A stretch of DNA of 64,000 nucleotides from an uncultured Flavobacteriales bacterium. Its GTDB lineage: Bacteria > Bacteroidota > Bacteroidia > Flavobacteriales > UBA1820. Positions 54,717 to 64,000 of this stretch are shown here, piece after piece (position 1 is the stretch's first letter; the number at the start of each line of letters is the position of its first letter). The stretch covers positions 20,892 to 84,891 of the forward strand of contig CABSLV010000005.1 in the NCBI GenBank assembly GCA_902478645.1, given 5' to 3'. The notes beneath the pieces were generated by a model. It was not told the origin of the DNA. It made no database searches and was given only the letters and a program-made list of their open reading frames with translations. A program made the position numbers and the translations under genes.

Positions 54717-55943
54717 TCAAAAACCGTAATCGGTCTGGAGGGCCAACAGATCGTCCAGCGTTTCGCGGCGCGAGATTAGGTAGTCGGTCCCGTCCTTGAC
54801 CAGCACCTGCGGCGGACGGAAACGCGAATTGTACACCGAAGCCATCGTATAGCCGTACGCTCCGGCATTGAGTATCGCCAGCAGGTCGCCCCGACGCACT
54901 TCGGGCAGGGTGCGGTGTACGGCAAAATTGTCCGTCTCGCAGATAAATCCCGTTACGTTGTACTGCCTGGGCGCACCGCAAGGGTTGGAGACGTTGAGGA
55001 TATGGTGGTACGCATCGTACATCATCGGGCGGATCAGGTGGCAAAGCCCGCTGTCCACCTGCACGAAATCCGCCGCCGGGGTGTGCTTCACCCAATCGGC
55101 GCGCACCAGCAGCGTACCGCAGCGGCTCACCAGGAATTTTCCCGGCTCCACGACCATGCGCACCGGACGACCCGTCTGCTGCACGAAGCGGTTGAAACGC
55201 TCCGAAAGTTTCTCGCCGAGCAACTCCACATCCGTTCCGTGTTCGTCCGGCCGGTAAGGCACTTTGAACCCGCTGCCGAAGTCGATGTATTCCACCGGGA
55301 AACGCCGCGCGACGGAGAACACCCGCTCGGCTCCTTCGAGAAACACATCCACGTCGTAAATGTCCGAACCGGTATGCAGGTGCACGCCCACGATGGGGAG
55401 GCCCTCCCGCTTGGCCAACTCCTCGACCTCATCCATCCGCTCGAGAGGGATGCCGAATTTGGACTCCCGCCCCCCGACCGAAATCTTGGCATGTCCCCCG
55501 GCAAAGATTTCCGGGGTGATACGAATGCCTACCGGAACACCGGGATGGGTCCGGGCAAAAACCTGCAAGGTCTCCACCGAATCGATATGGATGTGAACAC
55601 CCAGTTCGACGGCCTGGTCGATCTCCTGCATCGGCACGCCGTTGGGGGTGTAGATGATGTCTTTCGGAGCGAAACCGGCCAGCAGCGCCAGACGGATTTC
55701 ATTGACCGACACGGTATCGACCCCGGCCCCCAATCCGCGGATCACCCGCAGGATGTTGATGTTGCTCAAAGCCTTCATCGCAAAATGGATGCGATGGTCG
55801 GCCACCGGACGGAATACACCATCCAGGCGAGCATACTGCTGCTCGATCTGCGCACAGTCGTATATGTAAACAGGCGTGCCGTAACGTTCGGCAAGCGTTT
55901 CGGCGGGAATCCCGCCGATGAGGTATCGGTCGTTCTGGTTCAC
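54717..55943 (-). CDS. lysA: Diaminopimelate decarboxylase (Orn/DAP/Arg decarboxylase fold III)
   Basis: YGTPVYIYD, FAMKALSN (PLP Lys), HTGS, GAYGYTMAS. Confidence 0.82.
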   Translation of the reverse strand: MNQNDRYLIGGIPAETLAERYGTPVYIYDCAQIEQQYARLDGVFRPVADHRIHFAMKALSNINILRVIRGLGAGVDTVSVNEIRLALLAGFAPKDIIYTPNGVPMQEIDQAVELGVHIHIDSVETLQVFARTHPGVPVGIRITPEIFAGGHAKISVGGRESKFGIPLERMDEVEELAKREGLPIVGVHLHTGSDIYDVDVFLEGAERVFSVARRFPVEYIDFGSGFKVPYRPDEHGTDVELLGEKLSERFNRFVQQTGRPVRMVVEPGKFLVSRCGTLLVRADWVKHTPAADFVQVDSGLCHLIRPMMYDAYHHILNVSNPCGAPRQYNVTGFICETDNFAVHRTLPEVRRGDLLAILNAGAYGYTMASVYNSRFRPPQVLVKDGTDYLISRRETLDDLLALQTDYGF

Positions 55944-56050
55944 TTTGCTTTTTTAGATAAAACTCATCTCGGTTCGGAAGCGTCCCGGAGCGAAAACTGC
56001 ATTTCCATCCTTCCCGTTCTGCCCGTGTTTCACGATTTTGATTCCGGTGG

Positions 56051-56058
56051 CAAAATTA
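56051..56058 (-). promoter_or_regulatory. -7 promoter box TAATTTTG (minus strand) upstream of lysA
   Basis: caaaatta on +. 108 nt upstream of the ATG at 55943. Confidence 0.45.
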
Positions 56059-56116
56059 CGGCAAATGCGCCATCCTGCCGCACGTTTTCCCCACAAATTG
56101 GATCCCCAGATACAAT

Positions 56117-56935
56117 CTACCGGGCCGGATAGGCCGTCATCTTCTGCCCAGGACGGTCGGTGAGCACCCGCCAGTATTCGGGGTGGGCCAGCACTTCGGT
56201 GTAGTCCATCCGGCGACCGTCGACCCAGATGTCCCGCCGTACCAGGCGAAAACCATGGCTGTAATCCACATAATGGAAGATATGCCCGGTATAGACCGGT
56301 TGGATAGGTTTTCCGTCGAGGGTGTGCCAGCCGTAGAGGGCAATCCGGTTGGGTTTGCCTTCGAGGGCGGCGGTGAGCACCACGTCCTTTTTATGCCCGG
56401 CGATGAGCCCCTTGCGCCCTTTCCGCTGACCTTCGATGATGTAATTGTGCACCACGAACGTACGGAAACTCTCGCGCTCGCACATCATCGGCATCGGTTC
56501 CAATTTTACCCGAGCGGCGCGGTACACCTGGTCGCAAACGGTGGGGGTGGACAGGAAACACCCCAGCAGATCGGCGATACGCTGCGCTGCGCGGGGCGTA
56601 AGGGGAAGGCGGAGAAAATCCTCGTCCGTACCCACGCACAGATAGTCCGGCGCCACGTAATAATGCGCCTTCACCGTCCGTCCGTCCGAGGTAACGATCC
56701 GGGTGTCCACCCGCTGGAAATGACGCATGAAGCGCGGAAAATCCCCCGCTGCATACCATTGTACCGCCAACGAATCGCGCTGGGAGTAAGTCAGCGAGTC
56801 GGCCTGCGCCCGAAAAAGCGCCGCGCCCCGCTCAGGAGCGGGAAGTCCTTGTCCTACGGTCGCCCGGGTGGCCGTGCACGAAGCCAGCACCAGCGACAAC
56901 ACCACGGCGACGGCGAGTCCTGTCTTTCTCATCAT
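56117..56935 (-). CDS. Hypothetical lipoprotein
   Basis: Internal Met gives MMRKTGLAVAVVLSLVLASC. Conserved-looking C-terminal block YGWHTLDGKPIQPVYTGHIFHYVDYSHGFRLV. Family not recognised. Confidence 0.55.
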   Translation of the reverse strand: MMRKTGLAVAVVLSLVLASCTATRATVGQGLPAPERGAALFRAQADSLTYSQRDSLAVQWYAAGDFPRFMRHFQRVDTRIVTSDGRTVKAHYYVAPDYLCVGTDEDFLRLPLTPRAAQRIADLLGCFLSTPTVCDQVYRAARVKLEPMPMMCERESFRTFVVHNYIIEGQRKGRKGLIAGHKKDVVLTAALEGKPNRIALYGWHTLDGKPIQPVYTGHIFHYVDYSHGFRLVRRDIWVDGRRMDYTEVLAHPEYWRVLTDRPGQKMTAYPAR

Positions 56936-57211
56936 GGTTTTCCCTGTTTTTTCGGGTAAAAGTACGGATTTATCCCGCAGAAAACGAAAAAAAGCGCTTT
57001 TTCTTCCGTCCGTCCCTTTCCTGCCCCGCTCCACCGGAAGCCGCTTCGTCCACCATCGCTCTCGGGACAGAGAAGCCTCCCTTTCCGGAGGAAAAAACAT
57101 CCGTCAGCGGGAAGGTTTTCTGTCCGCTTTTTCGTATCTTTACTATTTCTCCCCGCGTTGCGTGCTATCCCAAGCAAACGAAAGGCGGGGAAAAAACATC
57201 AGACGCTTACC

Positions 57212-59236
57212 ATGCAATTCAAACTCACCAGCGACTACCGGCCTACCGGCGACCAACCGGAAGCCATCCGCCAGCTCACCCAAGGGGTCGAAAGCGGCCT
57301 TGCGGCCCAGACCCTGCTGGGGGTAACCGGCTCGGGAAAGACCTTCACCATAGCCAACGTCATCCAGAACACCGGCCGCCCTACCCTCGTGCTGGCACAC
57401 AACAAGACCCTGGCCGCCCAACTCTACTCGGAGTTCAAGGGATTTTTCCCGGAAAATGCCGTCGAATACTTCGTTTCGTATTACGACTACTACCAGCCCG
57501 AGGCTTACATCCCTTCGACCGGCACCTACATCGAGAAAGACCTCTCGATCAACGAAGACATCGAAAAACTCCGCCTTTCGGCCGTGTCGTCGCTGCTCTC
57601 CTCACGCCGGGACGTGATCGTGGTGGCTTCCGTGTCGTGCCTCTACGGCATCGGCAACCCTTACGAGTTTGAAAAGAGCGTCATCGACCTCGAAGTGGGA
57701 CAAAGCATCCCCCGCACCTGTTTCCTGCACCAACTCACCGAAGGACTGTACAGCCGCACCACGGGCGATTTTGCCCGGGGAAATTTCCGGGTCAAAGGCG
57801 ACACGGTCGATGTATTCCCCGCGTATTCCGACACTTCGGTGCGCATCCACTTCTTCGGCGACCGTATCGAGGAGATCGAGGGCACGGATCCCACGACCAA
57901 CGCTCACCTGACCCAGTACGACCACCTGCGCATCTACCCGGCCAACATCTTCGTAACCGGGAAAGACCGTTTGAAAAACGCCATCCACCAGATCGAGATC
58001 GACCTGGGAGAGCGTGTGGAATACTTCAACGCCGCTGGCCAGCTTCTGGAGGCAAAACGGCTGAAGGAGCGTACCGAGTTCGACCTGGAAATGATCCGCG
58101 AGTTGGGATACTGTTCCGGCATCGAGAACTACTCCCGGTATCTGGACGGCCGGGAACCGGGCAGCCGCCCGTTTTGCCTGCTGGACTATTTCCCCAAGGA
58201 TTTTCTGATGGTGATCGACGAGAGCCATGTAACCGTCCCGCAGGTGCAGGCCATGTACGGGGGCGACCGTAGCCGCAAGACCACCCTGGTGGAATACGGA
58301 TTCCGCCTGCCGGCCGCCATCGACAACCGCCCGCTCAAATTCGAGGAATTCGAGGCCATGCAGCACCAGACCATCTATGTGTCGGCTACTCCGGCCGACT
58401 ACGAACTGGAGAAATCGGGCGGAGTATATGTGGAACAGGTCATCCGTCCCACCGGCCTGCTGGACCCCGAGATCGAGGTGCGCCCGACGAAAAACCAGAT
58501 TGACGACCTGCTGGAAGAGATCCATCGCCGGGAAGAACTGGACGAACGCGTACTGGTCACCACCCTGACCAAACGCATGGCCGAAGAACTGGCCAAATAC
58601 CTGGCCCGGGTGGGGGTGCGCTGCCGTTACATCCACTCGGATGTCGATACGCTGGAGCGGGTACAGATCATGCAGGACTTGCGCGAGGGACGTTTCGACG
58701 TGCTGATCGGGGTCAACCTGCTGCGCGAGGGGCTCGACCTGCCGGAAGTATCACTGGTGGCCATTCTCGATGCGGACAAGGAAGGATTTCTCCGCTCGCA
58801 CCGCTCGCTCACCCAGACCATCGGCCGTGCCGCCCGCCATGTAAACGGGAAAGCGATCCTCTACGGCGACAAGATCACCGACTCCATGCGGCAGACGATC
58901 GACGAAACAGCGCGCCGCCGCCGTATCCAGCAGCAATACAACCGGGATCACGGCATCACGCCCCGTCCCATCCAAAAAGCGATCAACCTCAACTCCCTGC
59001 TGGCCAAAGCCTCCGAAAGTCCCCAGGGGGCAGCCGAACTGGTGCGCCTGTCAAAAGAAAACGGTATCAGCGCCCAGGCTGCCGACGAAAAATTCCTCTC
59101 GGGTGCGGAACTGAAAAAACGCATCGACTCCGCCCGGCGCGAGATGGAAAAAGCGGCCAAAAATCTGGATTTTATCTCGGCGGCTGCTTGGCGGGACGAG
59201 ATGGAGCGTCTGAAGGCTCTGTCGGCCGAAAAGTAA
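57212..59236 (+). CDS. uvrB: Excinuclease ABC subunit B
   Basis: GVTGSGKTF Walker A, VIDESHVT, helicase C motifs, C-terminal UVR domain. Confidence 0.97.
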   Translation: MQFKLTSDYRPTGDQPEAIRQLTQGVESGLAAQTLLGVTGSGKTFTIANVIQNTGRPTLVLAHNKTLAAQLYSEFKGFFPENAVEYFVSYYDYYQPEAYIPSTGTYIEKDLSINEDIEKLRLSAVSSLLSSRRDVIVVASVSCLYGIGNPYEFEKSVIDLEVGQSIPRTCFLHQLTEGLYSRTTGDFARGNFRVKGDTVDVFPAYSDTSVRIHFFGDRIEEIEGTDPTTNAHLTQYDHLRIYPANIFVTGKDRLKNAIHQIEIDLGERVEYFNAAGQLLEAKRLKERTEFDLEMIRELGYCSGIENYSRYLDGREPGSRPFCLLDYFPKDFLMVIDESHVTVPQVQAMYGGDRSRKTTLVEYGFRLPAAIDNRPLKFEEFEAMQHQTIYVSATPADYELEKSGGVYVEQVIRPTGLLDPEIEVRPTKNQIDDLLEEIHRREELDERVLVTTLTKRMAEELAKYLARVGVRCRYIHSDVDTLERVQIMQDLREGRFDVLIGVNLLREGLDLPEVSLVAILDADKEGFLRSHRSLTQTIGRAARHVNGKAILYGDKITDSMRQTIDETARRRRIQQQYNRDHGITPRPIQKAINLNSLLAKASESPQGAAELVRLSKENGISAQAADEKFLSGAELKKRIDSARREMEKAAKNLDFISAAAWRDEMERLKALSAEK

Positions 59237-59600
59237 CGGGCGATTCGTCCAACTCCACCAGACGCCGCTGCCAACGCGCCCAGGCATTGCCCCGGGTAAC
59301 CGTCATGCAGGCCTGCAGGGAACGTTCCAGCACACGGCGTTCCTCCTCCCAGCGCCCGGTGAGTGCGAGCAGTTCCTGCACCCGATCGGTCAGGAAGACA
59401 ATCCGGGAGGTACGCCTTATCCGCCCTTCCAGTTCCGTATCCAACAAGCTCCGATAAAGCGCAAGGGCTTTTTCCCGCTCTCCGCTTTCCATCAGGTGTT
59501 GCGCCTGGTGGACCGCACGGCGGTAGGACTCCTCCATGCGGCGCCCCAGCCAAACGATTCCCCCTGCGATCAAAAGGACTACCAACAGATACGTTCCCAT
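59172..59600 (-). CDS. Hypothetical membrane-anchored helical protein
   Basis: N-terminal TM MGTYLLVVLLIAGGIVWLG followed by helical repeats. The 3' end overlaps the uvrB 3' end by 65 nt. Coding status is uncertain. Confidence 0.4.
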   Translation of the reverse strand: MGTYLLVVLLIAGGIVWLGRRMEESYRRAVHQAQHLMESGEREKALALYRSLLDTELEGRIRRTSRIVFLTDRVQELLALTGRWEEERRVLERSLQACMTVTRGNAWARWQRRLVELDESPVTFRPTEPSDAPSRPAKQPPR

Positions 59601-59640
59601 CTTTTCCGCTCGCGTTTTCTCCTTAACTTTTCCCTTTGTT

Positions 59641-60405
59641 TTACAAGCCTATCCAGGCGGCGGCAGCAAACCCCAGGACGATCACCCCGAGTTTGCGCAA
59701 ACGGCCGTGGAAACCTATCTGACAGTCGGACATCATCACCGAAGAGACGTGGAGCAGGATGCCCACCACAACGGCCAGTGCTGCGTAGTAATACCGGTGG
59801 ATGAATTCCCACTGCGCCCCGGCCAGTATGCCCAAGGGTCCGGAGAGCGCGAACAAAATCATAAGCAGCCATGCCCTCGTGCGGCTTTTGACCGTACGCA
59901 GCAACATCATGTACAATACGATAGCCATCGGAATGGTATGAAGCGCGATGCTGACCAGCAGCGGGGAGAGGCTTCCCTCCGCGGCGACTTCGTGCAGGTG
60001 TCCGTGCCCGTGTGCGTCGCCGGCTACGATGGGAGTCGATTCGAGAAAGGTATGCAGGAACAGGCTGACGAACATCCCGATGGTCAGCGACCCGTCCGCT
60101 GCATGCGCACGGTCTTCCCCATGGCTTGCGCTTCGGGAGTGCGTATGCCCGTGATCGATGCCCCGGGAGAAAAACTCCAAGACGGTCTGCAGGAGCAGCC
60201 CCGCCAGCACGCAACCGCCCACCCATGCGGCGGAATGCGTACCTCCGTACGCTTCGGGCAGCATATGGAATACGATGACGCCCAACACAAAGGCACCTGT
60301 AAATCCGGATACGGCCTCCATCACGCCCGGGGTCAGTCTCCCCCGAGCCAAATCCACCATCGCTACAGGCAGCAGTACCGCCAGGAACAAAACGAGATAA
60401 TCCAT
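59641..60405 (-). CDS. ZIP family metal transporter
   Basis: His-rich loop (GIDHGHTHSRSASHGED...HGHGHLH). 8-TM-like profile from the internal Met MDYLVLF. Confidence 0.8.
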   Translation of the reverse strand: MDYLVLFLAVLLPVAMVDLARGRLTPGVMEAVSGFTGAFVLGVIVFHMLPEAYGGTHSAAWVGGCVLAGLLLQTVLEFFSRGIDHGHTHSRSASHGEDRAHAADGSLTIGMFVSLFLHTFLESTPIVAGDAHGHGHLHEVAAEGSLSPLLVSIALHTIPMAIVLYMMLLRTVKSRTRAWLLMILFALSGPLGILAGAQWEFIHRYYYAALAVVVGILLHVSSVMMSDCQIGFHGRLRKLGVIVLGFAAAAWIGL

Positions 60406-60537
60406 CCTTTCTCTTGCTTTCAGTCGGGACAAAGGTAACCAATTATCCGCGCAATATCCTCCTCCGCGAGAAATGCTTCGCAAAGGTTTCTTCCTTCGCA
60501 CGGGACTACACGTCGCTGAAATCCTGTGGCGGGCAAG

Positions 60538-60596
60538 GCGAGCAAGCGGAAGCGGCCGCGCCCCGGAACGGGGCGCGGCCGCTTCCGCTTGCTCGC
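60538..60596 (-). terminator. Long perfect hairpin downstream of the amidase gene
   Basis: 28-bp perfect stem gcgagcaagcggaagcggccgcgccccg / gaa / cggggcgcggccgcttccgcttgctcgc, 13 nt after the stop. No clear U-tract. Confidence 0.55.
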
Positions 60597-60608
60597 ATCA
60601 GGAATGGA

Positions 60609-62336
60609 TTACTTGGAAGGTTTGAACTTCTTGGGCGCCTTGGCATCGCTGCCGGGCACCGAAGCCAGGAATTTTTCCAGTCCCCAAACAACCCGATCCA
60701 TCATCTCGTCGCGGAAACGCTTGTCCAGGATCTTGGCCGAATCTTCCGGCGAGGAAAGGAACAAGGTCTCCACCAACACCGTCAGGTATTCGGTAGGCTG
60801 GTTGAGGGTGAAATTGAAATTACCGATGTTGCCGAAATTGTTCACATCCATCTCCAGGATACTCTCCAGGATATAGACCGAAAGCGGACGCTGGGACAAG
60901 TGGCGGTAGTAGGTACTCGTCCCCTTGGCCGCAAAGGGCGACCCTCCGGCATTGCAGTGGATCGAGATCAGGATGTCTGCCCCGCCATCCAGCGCAGCCG
61001 CCTTGCGATCATCCATATCCACATTTTCCGTCCCCGGACGGGTGAGGATCACTTTCGCTCCCTTGGCCTCCAATACCGCCTTGAGATGATCGGCCATATC
61101 CTTGGTCAGGTCCTGCTCCTTCACACCACTGGTAGTACGCGCACCGTTCCAGGGCTCGCCGTGTCCGGCATCCACCGCAATGGTCAGGTTGCTCAACTTG
61201 AGGCTTTCCGGGCGGTGTTTGACCCGAACCACCAGGCTGTTGCCGCGGTAGCCCACCGAATAGCCCCACATCTGGCTGTCGCGCAACTCGACGATCACCC
61301 GCAGCACGTCGTCCTGCACCTGACGGTAGGATACGTTGGCGATCTCCTTTTCACCTTTGAGTTGGGTGATCCAGTTGGTATTGCAGGCCGCCCCATACAG
61401 GTCGATGTTGATCCGATGCAGATCCGGGTCCTCGGTGATGATGTACGGCAGGCGCTCGGACAACCCTACGGTGAGCTGATCGTACTTCCCACCGGTGGTT
61501 ACACTCCACGATCCGGAGAGCGACTCGGGAGCAAACGTTCCCTCCGGCATCGGCTCGGTGCAGGATACCGGAATCCACGCTACGGTATTGCGGGAAAGAC
61601 GCACCTTGTACATCTGGTTTACCCGACCCACGACCTGAAGCTTGATCCCTTCGGCCAGATAATTGATCTTGGCTCCGCCCAGACGGTCTCCGCCCAAACC
61701 ATAGTTCAAGTACGCCCCCGCCTTGGTCTGAACGATACGGGGCATCGGCCCCTCGATCAGTTCCAGCGACGATTCTACCCCCTGAACGGCTGTCGTATCG
61801 CCCCAAGCGATGGATAGTTCGATCGGACGGCCGATCAGCGTATCGCCCGGCTGCACCGTGTACTGTCCCTGGAATACCCCTTGGGAAACCTCATAGAGGG
61901 GCTCTCCGCCGATCCACGCGATCTTCGCCCCGGGGGCTGCATTCAGTCGGATACGCACTGCATCGCCGGGAGAAAGCGCCATATCGGACGAGGGAAGGAG
62001 CTGGATGTTTTCAGCCCGCGGACCATCGATCGGTTGAGGTGCTTCCCGTTTCTTGAGAAAGATGTTTTTCGATACGCTCTGTCCGTCGGTAGTGGTGAGC
62101 GTAACGGTATTGTCCCCTTCGGTCAGTTCCACCCGAGCCGCCCACTCCCCGGAGGAATACACCGGAAAGGTCTCTCCCTGCACGGAGATCTGCGTACCGG
62201 CCGTGGCCACTCCCCGCAGGTTGAGGGTGGCCGTGTAGGTCGTGTCGGGCGCTCCGGCAACGATACGGAGCTGTTGGGCTTGGACGGCCCCGATGGATGC
62301 GGCCGCCAGCAAAAGACAAACGGTTTTTTTGAGCAT
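60609..62336 (-). CDS. N-acetylmuramoyl-L-alanine amidase (Amidase_3) with N-terminal Ig-like/beta-sandwich domains
   Basis: Signal peptide MLKKTVCLLLAAASIGAVQA. C-terminal IAVDAGHGEP...ILISIHCNAG Amidase_3 motifs. Confidence 0.88.
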   Translation of the reverse strand: MLKKTVCLLLAAASIGAVQAQQLRIVAGAPDTTYTATLNLRGVATAGTQISVQGETFPVYSSGEWAARVELTEGDNTVTLTTTDGQSVSKNIFLKKREAPQPIDGPRAENIQLLPSSDMALSPGDAVRIRLNAAPGAKIAWIGGEPLYEVSQGVFQGQYTVQPGDTLIGRPIELSIAWGDTTAVQGVESSLELIEGPMPRIVQTKAGAYLNYGLGGDRLGGAKINYLAEGIKLQVVGRVNQMYKVRLSRNTVAWIPVSCTEPMPEGTFAPESLSGSWSVTTGGKYDQLTVGLSERLPYIITEDPDLHRINIDLYGAACNTNWITQLKGEKEIANVSYRQVQDDVLRVIVELRDSQMWGYSVGYRGNSLVVRVKHRPESLKLSNLTIAVDAGHGEPWNGARTTSGVKEQDLTKDMADHLKAVLEAKGAKVILTRPGTENVDMDDRKAAALDGGADILISIHCNAGGSPFAAKGTSTYYRHLSQRPLSVYILESILEMDVNNFGNIGNFNFTLNQPTEYLTVLVETLFLSSPEDSAKILDKRFRDEMMDRVVWGLEKFLASVPGSDAKAPKKFKPSK

Positions 62337-62445
62337 GATGGTATTGTAGTTTTTGTTCGTAGTCCCGTTTTCGACAAAGATCGGAAACCGGGAGGACTTT
62401 TCCCCGCTCAAAAACGAAGAAAAAACACTCCGGCCTCCCGATTTT

Positions 62446-63132
62446 TTACAGCAAAGCGGAAAAGTCCGCACTACCGTATCCCTCTTGCGCGAGATTTCCC
62501 ACCCGGATAAACGCACTCTGGGGATAGGTCTTGTCCAGATAATCGCGGATGACCCGCACCGTATCCGCCTCGATCTGGGACAACACGTCCGGATAGTAAT
62601 TGTACACCACCGCCGCGATGTCAATGCCCCGGGAGCGGCACACCTCCAGGCTCATCACCGTATGGTTGATGCTGCCCAACTTGCCCGAGGTAACCAGCAC
62701 GACAGGCAGGTCCTGCCGGGCGAGCCAATCGACCAGGTATTCCTCCCGGGTAAGCGGTACGCAAAGTCCCCCTACCCCTTCGCACAGGACGTATTCATAA
62801 CGTTTTTCCAGTTCCTTGCGCGCAGCGGTGATCTTTTCCGGGTCGATCCGCCCTCCGTCGATCTCGGCCGCCAGGTGCGGCGAACAGGGTACGGTAAAGA
62901 TAAACGGACAGGTAAGCCCCTGCGCATCCTCCGGCAATGCCCCCGTACCCATCATCAAGCGGTGGCGTTCGATGTCCTCCGAAGTGTCCACACAGCCTGT
63001 CTGGGCGATCTTCTGCGTCACCACGCTCTGTCCCCGATCGACCAGGTAACGGGCAAAGGCACCCGTCACCCAGGTTTTCCCGGCATCGGTGTCGATCCCG
63101 GTAATGAAGTATGTTTTCTTGTGTTCCATCAC
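62446..63132 (-). CDS. bioD: ATP-dependent dethiobiotin synthetase
   Basis: YFITGIDTDAGKTWVTG P-loop. 228 aa. Confidence 0.9.
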   Translation of the reverse strand: MMEHKKTYFITGIDTDAGKTWVTGAFARYLVDRGQSVVTQKIAQTGCVDTSEDIERHRLMMGTGALPEDAQGLTCPFIFTVPCSPHLAAEIDGGRIDPEKITAARKELEKRYEYVLCEGVGGLCVPLTREEYLVDWLARQDLPVVLVTSGKLGSINHTVMSLEVCRSRGIDIAAVVYNYYPDVLSQIEADTVRVIRDYLDKTYPQSAFIRVGNLAQEGYGSADFSALL

Positions 63133-63156
63133 GATTTGCGTATCTATTGTTTGGAC

Positions 63157-63292
63157 GTATTTCCCTTGCGGAAAAAGAATTCACCGAGCGGACGGTGGTA
63201 AAACAGCCAACCAAGACATCACCCAGCTGACCAAGGAGATGTATTTCCCTTGCGGAAAAAGAATTCACCGAGCGGACGGTGGTAAAACAGCA
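63157..63292. repeat. Direct repeat: ~52-bp perfect copies 84 bp apart (63157-63208 and 63241-63292)
   Basis: gtatttcccttgcggaaaaagaattcaccgagcggacggtggtaaaacagc occurs twice. The second copy is the 3' coding end of the EamA gene. Confidence 0.9.
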
Positions 63293-64000
63293 GCAGGGAG
63301 GCCGTCAGCAGGATCATTCCCGTTACCGAAAACGCATTGGGCGTGTCGCCCTCCACCAGCAGCCACCCCTCGAGCGAGCCGAACACCGGGATGAGGAATT
63401 TCCACATGTTCAGCTCCGAGACCTTGACCTCGGGACGCGAGAGGAGCGAAAACCAGGTAACCATCGTCGCTACTGCGATGAACACCATGATCGCCAAAGT
63501 GATATAGAACGCCCCTTCCGCCGGGAGAGGCTGCCATCGTCCGGTCCCTGCGGCCAAGGCCAGCAGCAGTGCCCCGCCCAAGGTGAGTTGAGCCGAATTG
63601 AGCACCCGGATGTCGACCGTGGCGAAATCGACTTTCGAGACGATGATGTTGCCGTAGGCGGCCGAAAGGCAATTGACCAACATCAGCAGGATGCCTCCGA
63701 TGGCGGCTATGCCCATTGCCTGCATATTGACCAGACTGGGGAAACTTACGACCACCAAGCCCACGATGGCCAGCAGGATGCTGAATACTTTCAACGGGGT
63801 AAAGCGGTCGTTTTTGACCAGCAGATGCGCCATCACCGCCACAAAGAACGGCTGCGCACTTACGATCAGCGCCGCCAACGAGGGGTCCAGCAGGTTCTGC
63901 CCCAGGTAGTACGCTCCGTAGAGGATCGTGGTGGAAAACAGCGCGACCTTTACCACCAGGGAGCCGTTTTTCCCTACCTGCCGGAAATACCGCGGCCCGA
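63219..64000 (-). CDS. EamA/DMT family transporter, 5' end outside window
   Basis: Multi-TM EamA-like sequence. The frame stays open upstream of the ORF-track GTG start at 63956, to the window edge. Confidence 0.75.
   Translation of the reverse strand, partial: GPRYFRQVGKNGSLVVKVALFSTTILYGAYYLGQNLLDPSLAALIVSAQPFFVAVMAHLLVKNDRFTPLKVFSILLAIVGLVVVSFPSLVNMQAMGIAAIGGILLMLVNCLSAAYGNIIVSKVDFATVDIRVLNSAQLTLGGALLLALAAGTGRWQPLPAEGAFYITLAIMVFIAVATMVTWFSLLSRPEVKVSELNMWKFLIPVFGSLEGWLLVEGDTPNAFSVTGMILLTASLLLFYHRPLGEFFFRKGNTSPWSAG

Noticed and set aside
55944-56058. Possible lysine riboswitch in the ~108-nt lysA leader
   Set aside because: The leader is too short for an L-box (about 180 nt), and I could not find the conserved L-box core elements or a convincing terminator/antiterminator pair.

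Overview
This 64-kb window is gene-dense (about 60 CDS and 1 tRNA), G+C-rich, and reads as core chromosome of a Bacteroidota/Bacteroidales-type organism. The lineage call is an inference. It rests on TAnnTTTG -7 promoter boxes 20-110 nt upstream of many starts, on lipoprotein-rich surface genes (DUF5074-like, PCMD-like), and on the DUF4492-cydAB, bamD-rpoZ and histone-H1-like genes. Housekeeping content includes guaA, purD, tgt, uvrB, smpB, an nth-like gene, rnpA, rnhA, trxA, rubrerythrin, cydAB, lysA, bioD and menF plus a thioesterase. Transport and envelope genes include a Ca2+ P-type ATPase, NhaA and K+/H+ antiporters, several EamA/MFS/ZIP transporters, a Wza/Wzz pair and an Amidase_3 enzyme. 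I saw no transposase, integrase, CRISPR array, rRNA or recognisable defence or toxin cassette, and I do not find a convincing novel multi-gene system. Five signals remain unexplained. (i) An ~86-bp repeat family has 3 tandem copies at 6539-6801 and single copies at 10262-10400 and 50194-50281. Each locus is oriented so that its end places a TATCTTTG promoter box in front of the downstream gene. (ii) Long polypurine 5' leaders, almost free of U, precede several minus-strand genes, and two of them share a GTGTCCCG motif. (iii) An orphan 502-aa tape-measure-like coiled-coil/glycine-zipper protein (34563-36071) sits between cydB and an apparently POTRA-less Omp85 barrel. (iv) An SDR + alpha-oxoamine-synthase pair at the left edge could be a sphingoid/capnoid-base module. 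(v) An in-frame 84-bp duplication sits at the 3' end of an EamA gene (63157-63292). Internal start codons were derived arithmetically from the ORF track and may be off by one alternative start.
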